From Antechinus flavipes (lineage: Eukaryota), in assembly GCF_016432865.1 (NCBI RefSeq), contig NC_067399.1, positions 214,706,001 through 214,770,000 of the forward strand: a DNA stretch of 64,000 nt. The letters run 5' to 3'. The notes below the pieces were generated by a model, which had not been told where the DNA came from, did no database searches, and saw only the letters and a program-made list of their open reading frames with translations. Below are positions 11,561-25,183 of the stretch, in pieces (position 1 is the stretch's first letter; each line of letters opens with the position of its first letter). A program made the translations under genes and the position numbers.

Positions 11561-14074
11561 TTTCCCTCCCTCCATGTACCCAAGACGTTTTCCTGAGACC
11601 TTGGGCCAGAGGGACAAAGACAAAAACTCTCCAGTCGAGAAGGCATCTGGGTTCCTTTGGATAAAACTAGTCTGAGGCAAACAGAATTCATTTCCTCCTA
11701 AGAGCCTTAACTTGAATGCTAAAGAGAGATCCAGGGCAGATGCAATGTAGTTATTGCACATGAAGAAACTGAGGCCGAGAGGAGGAAAACAATTTGTGCA
11801 AGATTGTTAGACAGTAAAGAGCAGAGTCAGGATTCACACTCGGGGCCCTGTTGCCAAACTCAGTAACATTCTCCTAGAAGAAGTCGTGGATAGAGTGCTA
11901 GGTGTGGATTCGGGAAGATCTGAGTTCAAATGACACCACTTACCTCTTGTACCACACGGAGTGAATACTCAGTTTTTACATTTATAAAAGATGTTATAAC
12001 ACCTATATAATTTTTGTAAAGATCAAATGAAATGATGTATATAACGAACTTTGGAGATCTTAAAGTACTTTATGACTGTGAGCTGTTACATCATACCATA
12101 TTGCCGCCTCAGTTTACTGTTCTCCAAGTCACTCTTTCCTTCTTCCCCAACTTCTCACCTAATTTTGGGGCCTAGGCTACTTCTTCCCTTTTTACTTTGG
12201 GGGTGGCAGGCCTGGACTTGAGAGATGAAGAAGGGCCACTTTAAGCCTGTGTACATAGATCCTACCCATGACTCACAACCCTTTGGGAGAGGGGAATTGC
12301 AGTCCAGTAATTTGGTTGGTCCATGAATGAGAATGTTCTGGTATCAGTTGACAGGGATTTAGTGGGAGAACCCTTTATGCTGTTTTTCAGTGTTAATGAA
12401 GCTGGCTCTTTCTTCTCAGACCAAAGACCAGTTTTTCCCATTCCTGGGAAAGGGTGGTTAAATATAACATTGATCCCTCTAATACCTTTGTTCTTCCCTT
12501 GCTTCAGGTATGGATTTGATTGTCCACCTGTAGGAAGCTGGACCCAACCAGTCCTTACTTTTTTTTGGCCACCTTCCTGCACTGTTTACATCGCTTCATA
12601 GGGTTATATGAGGTTTCACTTCTACTAACTTGATAATAACTACAGAAACCATTTTCCTCATTTGTTTGTGGGATCATAGAATTTAGAGCTGACAGAAACC
12701 TTCATCTCTCTCATCAGAGTCATTGTATTATAGTAGAATGTTAACAAGTAACCATTAAAAACGCATTAAAGTTTTTAGAAGTTTTTAGTTTTGAGAAGGG
12801 AGCTGGAGCTACTTTCCTCTCTCCACAGTTAAAGCCTTGCTAAGACTGTAGAGTAGAGGGATTTGATTGGTAGTGCCTTTCTGGTAGTGTTTTTCTGACT
12901 TTTGTGACTTTCAATTCAAGTATTTATTAAATACCTAGTATATGCAAAATGCTGGAAAATAATTGTCACTCAGAAGACACTCTGAAATTCACAAATGTCT
13001 TATGACATTATCTTTGAGGCGTGTAGCAGCCCTGTACTAAAGATACTCTTATAGCTCATACAGTCTCCATTTCAATGATGAGAAGACTGAAGCTTGCAGG
13101 GGTCAAATAATCTCCGTGGTCATATAGCTAGACACAGGTTTTCAGGGACACAGGTTGACAGAAGCAGAACACAGGTTTGAACAGAGGTCTTTTTGGCTTC
13201 AGATCTGGCCCTCTATCCTGTGTCATGCTGCCCAGCTTTGGGGGCATATATACAAAGTGATAAAAGCCTTGTGACCAGTTATATACCAGAACATAAGCAA
13301 TAAAAAGCAGTGTTGAGATTGGCGGTCTACTACAAGAATTCCAACAGATTCTGTGTTGGAAACAGCTGTGTAAGCTAAAGATCTCCTTGCAGCAGGTTGC
13401 CATAGTAGTCAGATGTTAGATTTTTGAGTTAGAAATATTTTGGTTCAAAATCTACCTTTACAACTTTGCTGTGTGACTATGGAAAAATTGATTTAACTTT
13501 TCTAGTTTCAGGTGGCTAACTCTTAAAGACTGCAAGTTCTTGGTGAGTTCAAGTCTACCTTTAGTGGAGGAAATTTCCACAAGGATGACTTTTGGCCAAG
13601 GGGATATAAGGCTGAATCTTTGAGTTCCTGCTTATGGTCATTTAAATGTGACATTTTTAAATGTCTTCAACTTTCTCTAGTATGGGAGCAAAAAAATGCC
13701 CATTACTTAGGATTGCAAGGCAAAAAAAGACATTTTCCATGTTCTCAAAACAAGGAAAAATTGAGTTCTTCCCTTTACTGAAAATATGAACCATCAAACC
13801 TTAACGTACTTCCCCCTCCCCCACCCCCCACAAATGATTTGTAGGATAGCTTGTTTTTCAGGCCTTTAAAAAAGAGACTTTTCAAATGGGATATTATCTT
13901 GATTGGAAGACTCTTCTGTTGCAGAGAAATAGAAAACAATGTTTCTCCCTCTCATCTCTTCTCCTTTCTTTATCTCTATCTCCATCCGAATCCCCATCTC
14001 TCTCCTCTCCATTCTATGTGGAGATTTCTATGTCACAGAACAGAGTGAGGAAGCTAAGTCACTGTTAGTCTTTG

Positions 14075-14085
14075 TGCTGACTCAT
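14075..14085 (+). promoter_or_regulatory. MARE/ARE (NF-E2/NRF2/BACH-sMAF) motif
   Basis: TGCTGACTCAT, an exact match to TGCTGASTCAY; motif only, binding not shown. Confidence 0.35.
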
Positions 14086-15199
14086 CTCTGCTTGAAAGGC
14101 AGACAAGGAATATAACTTTTGAGTGCTCACTAGAAAAAGTGTGAGTGAGAAAGAGAGTTTGAAGTTCATGCTTTTTACCTGGGAGGATATTTAGCAGTTT
14201 TGGTTATCTCCCTCACAGGACCAGAGGAGAAGCAGGCCACCAGAAAGGGAGTAACCAGAGAGATTCTAAAAGAGCAACTCCAGTCCCTGCTGATGCTATT
14301 AGGCTATTATTTCATAAGGGTGGTGATCTGGAAATATCAGACTCTACAGCCAACTGAATTCTCTTGGCAGCAGGTGTTTGGTGGAGTGGCTAATTGACCG
14401 TGAGCGCCTGCCAAGACCACGGAAGGTGCTATCATCCCAGAGGATCCCCAAGCACCCTAGAGCACCAATATAGTGGTTTTCAAAGCCAGTGGAAAGAGAT
14501 TATGTCCTCTATTACTCATGTGCATCCGCCCCTGGGGAGCTGTACTGGGACCTCATTGAGGCAAGAAGCCAACAAGACTTTTTCCAGTTCAAACTTAAGA
14601 GTGATGTCAGACAGCACCAAACTTGTTCTACTGACCTTTTTCCTAGACAGGAGTGGGGGAAGAAAGAGCTGGAAGTTAACAGCCTCTTTTGCCTTCTGAA
14701 TGGCTTGAACACCTTTAACCTGTTTTAGAGGCTGCAGTGATATAGCCGTAGCACAAAGATGATCAAGACTAATGAACCATTTACCAGAGTTAGCCTAGCA
14801 AGTGAGTTTTATAGGATTTACAGAGACCTTAGAAATCACTGAGCAACTGCCTCCTGATTTTATGTATGAGAAACTGAGTCCAGCCCAGGATCCCAGGGCT
14901 GGGATATTCAAAATCACATAGCTAGTAAATAGCAGAACTGTCATCACGTCCCAGGTCCTCCTACAGGAGAAGACTTAGGAAAGGTGTGATAACTCTCTTC
15001 AGGTAGTTTATTCAAACATAGAACTTACAAGATGGGAGGAACTGAAGATGGAAAAACAAAAGAGTTGTGTGACTTCAAGGAGTTTGTATTTGTATTTTGT
15101 ACTTACTTTCATGTACATATGAGAATACAGACTCCTATTCACATATGTACATGAAAGTAAGTGTAAAATACATGCAAATGGAATAAAAGTTAACATGGG

Positions 15200-15720
15200 A
15201 TGGGGGAGCACTTAGGAAATCAGGAAAGGATGTAGGCTATGACTCTTGTGATAAATTCTGTAGGAAGCTAGGGAGTTAAAGACACAAAGGTGAGGAGCAA
15301 GCACATTCCAAACATGGCAGATAATCTGTGCAAAGGCACATAGGTATGAGATGGAAGAAGGTCCTGGCCACTTTGACTAGGTTAATGTGCAATAGTTCTG
15401 AGAATGCAGACTCAAGCTGACTGTGAAGGGATTAAGTGCCAAAGTAAAGAGTTTGTCTCTGATCTTAGAGGCCATAGAGAATCTCTAAAGCCTTTTAGAT
15501 AGGGCTATGACTTTTGCTTTGGAAATATCAGTCCATAAGGACTACAAATCAAAGGAGAATCCTGAGAGGAGGGATGGGGACCACATAGGCTGGTGCAGTA
15601 GCACAGGTGAGAGGTGGTGGCCATGTGAATAGAAAGAGAGCCAGATTGTGGAGGCAGAATCAGCAAAGTCTGGCAACTGATTGTGTTGGGAAAATGGAGA
15701 GGTGATGATTCCAAGTTAGT
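15200..15720 (-). mobile_element. L2 LINE fragment
   Basis: Typical L2-minus phrases ('gcacattccaaacatggcagataatctgtgcaaaggcac', 'tgacttttgctttggaaatatcagt', 'aagtctggcaactgattg'). Boundaries approximate. Confidence 0.65.
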
Positions 15721-17634
15721 AACCTTGGACTTGCAAGAAGATGGTCCCTTGTCAGAAACAGATAAACCACCTATACAATAGGTGCCTGAAAAATGGTCCC
15801 CTTCATATCTTAGCCAGCTGGTAGCATCCAGGCTTTGCTCCAGGATGTCCAGTGGGAATACTCCTCTTCAGGCCCTTCACCTGGCATATTGTTGTGAGGA
15901 ACAGATGAGATAATTGTAAAATGCTTAGCCCAGGGCCTGGCACATGGGAAGCACCATAGCACTGTTGTTGTCGTCATTGTTTTGACATTAGATTTATTAT
16001 GCTTGTCCCCAGCAGATAAAGCAAGGCAGAAAGTTGCAAGTGTAGAGAGGCAGACTTAGGCCTTTACCCTCTTAGCAGTTAAAGTTGTCCCAAAGTACAC
16101 TGGGTTCTCTTTCTGCCTCTTTAGAAATCTTTAAGCAAAAGCTGCATGGCCATTTGACAAGGCAATTGGAGAGGGTCATGTTTGGAGAGAATGGTCTCTA
16201 AGGTCCTTTCTAATTCAAATATTCTGTGATTTCAACTCGTATTACAACTGGGCTGCATCTTCTGTGAGGCTGGGACAATTTTCTCTTAGTTTTGGGACTT
16301 TGTTATGTATTTGTAGCAATTTTGTTTCCTCCATTTTTAAACTTCCTCTGGACCTCCCTATCCATACCATATTAAGGAATAGACAAACAAAGTTAGCCTG
16401 GGAAGGAGAATAGGAGTATACCAAATTAGGTGGAGCCCAAATCGCCACAAAGATGATCTGTCTGCATCATTTAGCAACTATCCTTAGAAAAATTCACTAC
16501 ATATAGAGAGGGAGTCCCTTTCTGACATCAGTAAGGATATGTTCTCAGCCCTTTCCTTAACATTCCCTCTATTCCCAAAGGAAAAAAAAATCAACTTTAA
16601 CATTTAAACTTATGTTTCCTAAGTAATTTTGTGGCATTTAATGACACAAATGACATGTCAGGGAACTGATCTTTTTAAAGAAAGGAATCCCCTCTGTAGA
16701 AAGACTTTGCTGCTCCTCTGGAAGGGAGGAGGAATCTAGTGGAGCTTATTCTAGTATACCAAGGAACAAAGCATACACCCTTTACAGCAGTTTCAAATAC
16801 TTAGTTAAAGAAATCATAGAGGGATATTAGATTGGGGCTACTAATGTGAGGTTAGAACACATTATTTTTTGGGTCGGGGAGTTGGGGAGAAATGGAGAAG
16901 TTCCTTCATCCTGACAGGAAGGAAGAAGACAGCTTTGTGTCTCCCATCTGGGAATTGCATTTAAAGAGCCCGGCACCCTCACATAGATACAGTTCTCTCT
17001 CACATGGAACTAACCCCAAGGGAGTAAAGTTTCTGATACAATATTTATGTTCTATGATTTATTTTGGGCTCTGCTAATAATGAGATGTTTTGTCAGAATA
17101 TATTTTTTAAAAAATTATTTGCGTGGTTTTTTTTTGGGGGGGGGGATTAAGGCTTGCTACATTCTTAAGTGTAATTTTTTTTCAGCATTAAGGCTAGGGT
17201 TTTTCCCATGGGAACACAATTATATACGTCAGTGGAAAGATATGATTTGTTAAACAGAAATTCTTTTTATAGCCACTTACTGGGAATGCACCTGTTCCAT
17301 GAAATGAGATATACCTGTGCTGTGTTCATGACTAAGGGGAGATGTGTTCACCTCTTGAGATCTCTGAAGTGGCCATCATAGGAAAGATTAGACTTGTTCT
17401 GCAGAATCGGGAACATTGGGTGGAAGCTTCAGATAAGCAGATTTTGATTTGATGAAAGTCAGCTCTTCCTCACAATAATGTTTAATAATGGTCCAAGTCA
17501 ATTTCATAAAAGCTGAGACCATAAAAGGCCTGGTCAAGGATGTTATGGAAGAGATTCTGACACCGAGTGGAAGGGCACTGCTTTCAGAGTTAGATGAACT
17601 GGATTTCAAATCCTAACTTTGTCACTGAATTATT

Positions 17635-18171
17635 TTTTCCTTTTTTTTTTTTAAAATAACTTTTTATTGCTGAAACTTATGCCAGGGTAATTTTTTACAG
17701 CATTATCCCTTGCATTCACTTCTGTTCCGATTTTTCCCCTCCCTCCCTCCACCCCTTCCCCCAGATGGCAAGCAGTCCTTTACATGTTGAATGAGTTACC
17801 GTATATCCTGGATACAATATACGTGTGCAGAACCGAACAGTTCTCTTGTTGCACAGAGAGAATTGGATTCAGAAGGTATAAATAACCCGGGAAGAAAAAC
17901 AAAAATGCAAGCACTTTATATTCATTTCCCAGTGTTCTTTCTTTGGGTGTAGCTGCTTCTGCCCATCTTTGATCAATTGAAACTGAATTATCTCTCTTTA
18001 TTGAAGAGATCCACTTCTATCAGAATACATCCTCAAACAGTATCATTATTGAGGTATATAATGATCTCCTGGTTCTGCTCATTTCACTTAGCATCAGTTC
18101 ATGTAAGTCTCGCCAGTCCTCTCTGTATTCATCCTGCTGGTCATTCCTTAGAGAACAACAATATTCCATAA
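17635..18171 (-). mobile_element. Young 5'-truncated L1 (ORF2 C-terminus, 3'UTR and poly-A) inserted in a MIR-type SINE
   Basis: Poly-T and ttttatt at the left end; minus strand encodes an L1 ORF2 C-terminal-type peptide (...RNDQQDEYREDWRDLHELMLSEMSRTRRSLYTS...); 15-bp TSD TGTCACTGAATTATT at 17620-17634 and 18172-18186. Confidence 0.92.
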
Positions 18172-20819
18172 TGTCACTGAATTATTACTAGGGTTCAGGC
18201 AAATCCCCATCCCCACTCCCTGCCCCAAACTCAGTCCTTAATTTTCTGACATATAAAATGACAAGGGTGAGTGAGAGAAATAGACTAGATGATCAAAAAG
18301 GCCCCGTTCCTGCTCATAATTCCCACGATTCTGTGTCCTTTGAGGTCTCTTCCAGCCCTGAGAGTCTATGAGTCAGTGATGATTCTGTGACTGATTCATG
18401 AGGAAACACAGTATCACTGTCACCAGTTCTGCTTTCTGCATCCCTGCTCCCCTCCCTGCTGAGGCAGCTGTGGACCTAGATGTGACATCTGAGATCAGGC
18501 CTGTGGATACAGGCCAGTCCAGAACAGGCAGGTGGAGTCTGGTATTCAGAAAGCTTCAGCTAGTCTGGCAGAGGGAAGCATTACAGATCTCCTTCTTTCC
18601 TTTCCACTCAAAAATGTTTAATATGATCCCAGCAGATATGCTTCCCCTAGCATTTTAGGCTGTGTTTGAATAAGAGAATACTCATTGTTCAAACAATTTT
18701 AGAGATTAAATAAGTGGGCATCACTTAGTGCTTTTGCCTAGTATCTCAGATTCATAGTCTTCATGGCTTCCAGGACATTTTTGACAACCAATGAGGGGAC
18801 CTACATTTTCATAGGTCTATCAATCACCAGTAATCCTTTTTTATTTCTCATCCTCCGAGCCTCCCTAATATCTCTTTTCTTGTCTCTTCCATGTCCAACT
18901 TTTACTTTTCTCCCCATTGCCTTCTCTCACTGATACTCATATTTGACTGTGAACCTTTTCCTTGCTTGATCCATCCTTGACCTTCTTTTCTTTGCTTTTT
19001 TCCCCTCCTAGTTGCATTTTTCTTGAGTCTTCTGAGATGTTAAAATCAAAATGAGTAAGGGTGTAAACATATTCTTATTCTTCTACAGATGTTTCTGAGC
19101 AACCCAGTACTGTTCTCAGCAGTACTAGTGAGGATGTTTTCTATGTTGAATTGAACATCAAGATTAGATTAATATCTCTGTGCTGATGATATCGCTGGTG
19201 GGAACTTCTGTCCAGCTATTAAACTAACTAGAGAAAAGGGATATCATGCCTGATTTGTATGGAAGAAAAATGAAAAATTGAGTGTTGTATAGTAAAGAGC
19301 TTGGGATTTGAAGTCAGAGGCCCTGGACGTGTAAACTGGCTGTCTTCAGCCATCAATCTTTCTAGACCTTAGTATTTTCAAATGTCAATTTATAAAAGAT
19401 CAAACTATGTGAAGGTCTCTTGCAGATCTATCCAGTGAATCTCATGCTCTTGCTGTCTTTCTCATTAATGGAAGTGCTTTCTTCCCAGATATCCAGTTAT
19501 TTCTGTGGCCTGTTGTTTTTCAAGTCACCTATTCAAGCCTAGTTAAGTTGTGGATGTGTGAATGTCTCACAAGTAGTCTCCCTTCCAAGGACCATGAGAA
19601 TCTGATAAAATGAAAAAGATGAGATCTAGGCACTTGGCAGAGTAAGGAGATGACTATGGTTATCTGTGCTGGCTGAGTAATGTGTTTTCCCTAAGATATG
19701 ATTAGGGCCCTACTGATTTAGCTGTTTCTCCTCCATTGCAATAGACCATGCCATGTCATCCATATTCCCTTCCCTTCCCTTGTCTTTCTATGACCAGAGT
19801 CAGAATCAAGTTTGTGATCATTCACTGGTCATCTATTTGACACCTACTGACCCCCGTGGAAATAAAATGATACTGTCTGATTAACATTGTGTTGTAGCCT
19901 TTTGAGATGATGGGCCAGCCCACATTTCATCATTAGGCTTTAATTTGGGAAAATAGAACACATACAACTAACCCGCTGATTCTGTGATTTTCTGAGAGCA
20001 TCCAATAATGGTGTTCACATACCCTATTGTCTTTAAATTGCCATTTCAAAAACTTAATTATCCCTATATATGTCATGAAACAAACCAGTCATTCAATAAA
20101 AAAATGACCCTTGTCTCTTAAAGGCTATCTAGAGGAAGGAATAGTATAGCAATGTTTCCTAGCCCTTTCAAGTCTAAGGAATCATTTAAGTCATTCATGA
20201 ATTTCAGATGCCCCACAAGAATAGCAATCCTAGTACTTATTGAGAAAATACATAATGAAAAAAACCTTCCATGAATGAAGTGATTTTTTAAAAAATGAAT
20301 TTATTTTATTAATAGGAGTAAAATATACATATGTGTAAAAGATGCCTTAGTCTACAAAAGCATGTTCTCTTACTAAATGTTTATTTAAATAATGGTTGTG
20401 ATCTTCATTAGGAGTCATTAGCCCATCCAAATGCTGGTAGAATCTCTCAGCGTTAGTTGAGTTTACTTCTTTGTTTCCATTGCTGACTGTTGAGTTCATA
20501 TCATTTAATAGAATTGAAAGAGTATTCGGAAGTCAACCAGTCTAATCTTCTTATTTTACTTACAAAGTAACTTAGAGCCCCTAGGTTAAATAGGGCATGC
20601 AGGTAAGAGCAGAGCTTAGGACTTGAACTTCTTTGATTTGGGCTTCGTTATCACTCCGACTTTTTTGAATGCACCTTTAATAAACCACAGTTGTTCTTTT
20701 TATTTATTTATTTTTATGAGTGGCCCTAGGGACTTCAGCTTTTTTGTTTTACATATCTGAAAACCATATTGCTGAGGGTAGGCCTTGCTGGGAATGTGGA
20801 GTCCTAGTTGCACAGTTGA

Positions 20820-20940
20820 AGGAAAAGGGAGAGAGGCAGAGAGAGGAGAGGAAGAGAGAGAGGGAGAGGGAAATAGAGACAAAAAGACTGAGCTGGACAG
20901 ATAAAGAATGAGAGTGACAGAGATAGGGAGAAGAGAGACC
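20820..20940. repeat. GA-rich low-complexity repeat
   Basis: ggaaaagggagagaggcagagagaggagaggaagagagagagggagaggg... Confidence 0.8.
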
Positions 20941-21129
20941 CTATTTATTAAATATTTAGGATTTTCCAGGCTCATTGGTAAGTGCTGGTGATATAAATAT
21001 AAGCAAATAAAATGTACCCTATCCTCAAGGACTTATATTCTGATAGACAATACATAAAGGGGTAGGGGATGGTGAAGGTGGGGGAGACTGCTAAGTAAAG
21101 GAATCTGGAGAGTGCGTTTGGGGAAGGCA

Positions 21130-21306
21130 ACAAATATTTGTTAAGTACCCACTATGTGCCAGACACTATGTTAAGCACTTGACAAATATTTGATTCTCAC
21201 TGTAGCTCTAGGAAGGTGGGTGCTATTATCCCCATTTTACAGTTGAGATTGAGGCAAACAGGTGCCCAGGGTCATACGGCACTCTATCCACTGTTAGATA
21301 GCTGTC
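21130..21306 (-). mobile_element. Mar1/MIR-type SINE (one of more than 20 MIR-family relics in the window)
   Basis: 'tgctattatccccattttacagttgagattgaggcaaacagg...gcccagggtcata...ctctatccactg' is the reverse MIR core. Confidence 0.8.
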
Positions 21307-23289
21307 TTAGATGAAGCAAGAAGTGCAGAGGGGTTACTCAGGTTGGCCCAAGGACTTGCCAAGCAGAAAGGCAAGGCCCACAGGGAGATTCCCAATCTGG
21401 CTCATCTCTACAACTGTTGCCATTTGGCGTTTTTACTCAGTACCCCCATACTTAAGAGTCATCCCCTAAATGTGATGCGAACAGATAACTTCTTTATGAA
21501 AAGTAAACTTTGGTGGTTCATTATTTGAGAGTTTTGAGCAACATTTTATTTCTCCAAAAACTCATTTCTCTTCTTTGAAGATGAACTGAAGCAATCATAA
21601 AAAGGGAAGAGAAATTCTATTATGGATTTTACTCTATATAGATAATGAACTGCAGAGTAAACAAGAGGATTCTTGTTGAAAGGAGGACATAGTTGCCAGG
21701 ATGTGGGACTTGGAGTTAGAGGCCCTGGATTCAAATCCTTACTCTGCTTATACTCCTGATCACCCAGGCTAACTCTCAATCTGTCTTCATCTGTCCAGTG
21801 AGGGGGTTGGTCTGGAAGATCCCAGGATTAAGCACTATGATTCTGTGTCTCACCAGGCCAGAAGACACAAAGCCACTTAGGTTTCCTAATCAACTCTTGG
21901 GGCCCTGGGAAATTGAACTTTGGGGTTAAAAACCGAAGGGCTCCAAAGTTCCTCTGAAATTCTCCTGAAAGCTATCTCTGAAGCAACCTCGGGCTTCACT
22001 GACACCAGCCCAAGTCCCCAGGTAGTGCCCATGACTCTGCCTGACATCACTGATGATGCAGGTATCTGGGGCACAGGTGCGCAGAGATAGTGCTAGGGCT
22101 GAACCAAAGGGGCTTGTGCAGCACAGCTTATGGAGGGGGAGGGAGAAGGGCTAGAAACTGCTTTCAGGTCCCTGGGGAAGGAAGGCTGGATACAGGCCGT
22201 TAGCACACTTTATCTCAAGGAGGCTTTCCTTCATTAGGTGGTGACTGCTGTTCTGCCCTGAGGCCCCTCCTGAAAGGGGTTCCCCAAACCTGCAGGGTGC
22301 CTGTGACACAGATGAACCTTGAGATGATTATGGTTTTCTTCCCAGGAGGGAGCTTCACCTGTTTCCCCTTCCCCTGTCAGTGTCAGCCCACTCTAGGCAG
22401 ACAACTGGCCACCCCCCCACCAGTGAGTGCACCTGGCAGGGCGTGAGGGAGGAGATGCAGAGCCAAAATCCTGGAGTTTTCTTGGAAGCAGTTACCTACT
22501 TTGGGAGGCAGCCTCCTGGGGAAGGCGCAGGGAAGGATAGTTCTCGAGCTTTCTGGATGCACATTTGCATTCTCTGAGTCACCCAACGAAGGTCTGAAAT
22601 CAGAGACCTCTTTCTTGCTTTCTAGTGAATAAGTATTTGCTCTAATTATCACTGTATATTATCAGTTGGTGATGCTGGATGAGCCATGAGAAAATTCAAT
22701 CATCTTGGAGTTTGGGCGGCTTCTAAGACTATACTTCAGGACATCTCTTGTAATTGGAAGAGGATAGATGTCCGAGGTCAAAGTATCATCAGAACTAGAG
22801 GCTAGCTTTTTACTTTAAAGACATTTTTCAGTAAGAAGAAATAATTTAAAGTCCTCAATTTTAAATGGCATTTGGCTGGGCTGACTTCAGGTTGGGTGTC
22901 AGTTCATCAATGCTTAAGCCTTTTAAAAGATGGTTAGTGATTATAGTGATTAGAGCTGTTAGGGACTAAATAGATCATCTAGTTCAAACCTTCCCTCATT
23001 TTACAAATAAGAAAATTGAGGCCCAATGAGAACAAGTAACTTGCCTGTGATAACATAATACAGCATAATGGAGCAAGAATTTGAATCCTAGTCCTTTGGC
23101 TCCAATCCAGTGCTCTTTCCATTATAATGTACTACTTTTTCACTTATTTCTTCAAGTATATGACCTAGATTATGAAATTATTAACCTAGTTCTTTTTCCA
23201 AGAGGCACATATAAAACCAGAATGCCATAAACCTTTTGAGCTATCTCCTTAGTTTTAAGCTTCCCTCACTTTTCTGTCCTCTATGATAA

Positions 23290-23760
23290 TGTTCCTGAAC
23301 CAATTAAGATTTTTTTAATGTTTATCTTTTGTTTTCATATTATCATTTCTAAATTTTCCTCATCTCTACCTGGTAAGCCATCTCTTTAAGCAAATAATAA
23401 TAATTAATAAAAAGAGTAGTTCAGCAAATTGGCAGCATATGCAGTGTTTTATAGCCATTACTCCTCATTTCTGCAAAGAAGGGAAACCATGATTACATCT
23501 TATCTTCTTTAGAGACATGAGAGTTCTTTTGGTTGTTATAATTGCATGTTTTCTGTTTTGGGTTTGTTTCCATTGTTTTATATGCATATGTATATGTGTG
23601 TGTATATATATTACTGCATTCTAAATAATGCATCAGTTTTTATAAGTGTTCAAGCTTTTCTATATTTTCAGTCATTATTTTTTATAGTACAGTTCTATTA
23701 TTATATTCATGTCTTATAATTCCTATTAATTTCCTAATCAGTAAGCATCTATTTTGCTTC
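23290..23760 (-). mobile_element. Old marsupial L1 3'UTR relic
   Basis: T-rich start and structure similar to other old L1 ends; strongly diverged, recognised by eye. Confidence 0.5.
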
Positions 23761-23819
23761 TTAGATACCATTTTAAAAAATTCTGTGACTTATTCTCAAT
23801 CCTGATTCTCCCCTACTTC

Positions 23820-24435
23820 TCTGCAGTCTTTGACTTTATTGATCTCGCTCATCTCCTTGACATGTTCCTGTTTAAGTTTTTGAGACACCACTCTCTCCTG
23901 CTTCTCTTCCTACCTATCTGATCACTCCTTCTTAGTCCCCTTTGCTGGCTATCCGTAGGTGTCCCACAGGGTTCTGTCCTGGGCCCTCTTCTCTTAACTC
24001 TCAATGTACTTTGCTTGGTAATGTCATCAACTCCCATGGATTTAATTATCATTTTTATGCAGATGATTCTTAAGCCTACTTATTTTTGCTTCAATCTGTC
24101 TGCTGAGCTCCAATCTCCAATTGCCTTTCAGACATTTTAAACTGAATGCCCAAAGGTATCTTAAACTCCACATGCCCAGAACTAAACTCATTATCTTTTC
24201 TTTAAACTTTCCCTGGCTTCAAGTTCCAACTACAATCCATCTTTATCTGGAAGCCTTTTCCAACTCCTCTTAGTTCTAATACTTAGTATTTTCCAGTTTT
24301 CCTGAATATAATTTGCTTTCTATGTATTTGTTTGCATGTTGTCTCCCTTATTAGATTGTCAACTCCTTGAGAGCAGGGACTGTCTTTTATCTCTTTTTTG
24401 TCCCCTGCTCTTACTCTGCACAGTGCCTGGTACAT
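23820..24435 (+). mobile_element. L2 LINE RT fragment plus 3' tail
   Basis: 'ggtgtcccacagggttctgtcctgggccctcttctct' (GVPQGSVLGPLL), 'ttttatgcagatgattct' (YADD), and the L2 tail 'actccttgagagcagggactgtc...cagtgcctggtacatagtgggctctt'. Confidence 0.85.
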
Positions 24436-24569
24436 AGTGGGCTCTTAATTATGTTTACTTTTTGATTGTTCCCAGTAATAACCCAGAAGTTCCCAGTGGT
24501 CTAGAAGACAGAAAATCTGAGTTCAAATTTTGCCTTTGCCACCTATTTTGTGAAGTGGGCTTCACTTTA

Positions 24570-25183
24570 TTTATTTTTTTTTAATTTTAATATCTTTTTA
24601 TTGATAGAACACATGCCAGGGTAATTTTTTACAGCATTATCCCTTGCATTCATTTCTGTTCCGATTTTTCCCCTCCCTCCCTCCACCCCTTCCCCCAGAT
24701 GGCAAGCTGTCCTTTACATGTTGAATAGGTTACAGTATATCCTGGATACAATATATTTGTGCAGAACCGGACGGTTTTCTTGTTGTACAGGGAGAATTGA
24801 ATTCAGAAGGTATAAATAACCCGGGAAGAAAAACAAAAATGCAAGCAGTTTATATTCATTTCCCAGTGTTCTTTCTCTGGGTGTAGCTGCTTCTGTCCAT
24901 CTTTGATCAATTAAGGCTCTCTTTATCGAAGAGATCCACTTCCATCAGAATACATCCTCAAACAGTATCGTTGTTGAGGTATATAATGATCTCCTAGTTC
25001 TGCTCATTTCACTCAGCATCAGTTCATGTAAGTCTCGCCAGTCCTTTCTGTATTCATCCTGCTGGTCATTCCTTACAGAACAATAATATTCCATAACATT
25101 CATATATCACAATTTACTCAACCATTCTCCAATTGATGGACATCCTTTCATTTTCCAGCTTCTAGCCACTACAAACAGGACTG
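24570..25183 (-). mobile_element. Young 5'-truncated L1, same family as 17635-18171
   Basis: Clearly over 90% similar by eye to the 17.6-kb copy; 16-bp TSD AGTGGGCTTCACTTTA at 24554-24569 and 25184-25199; target CTTT/AA fits the L1 endonuclease preference. Confidence 0.93.
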
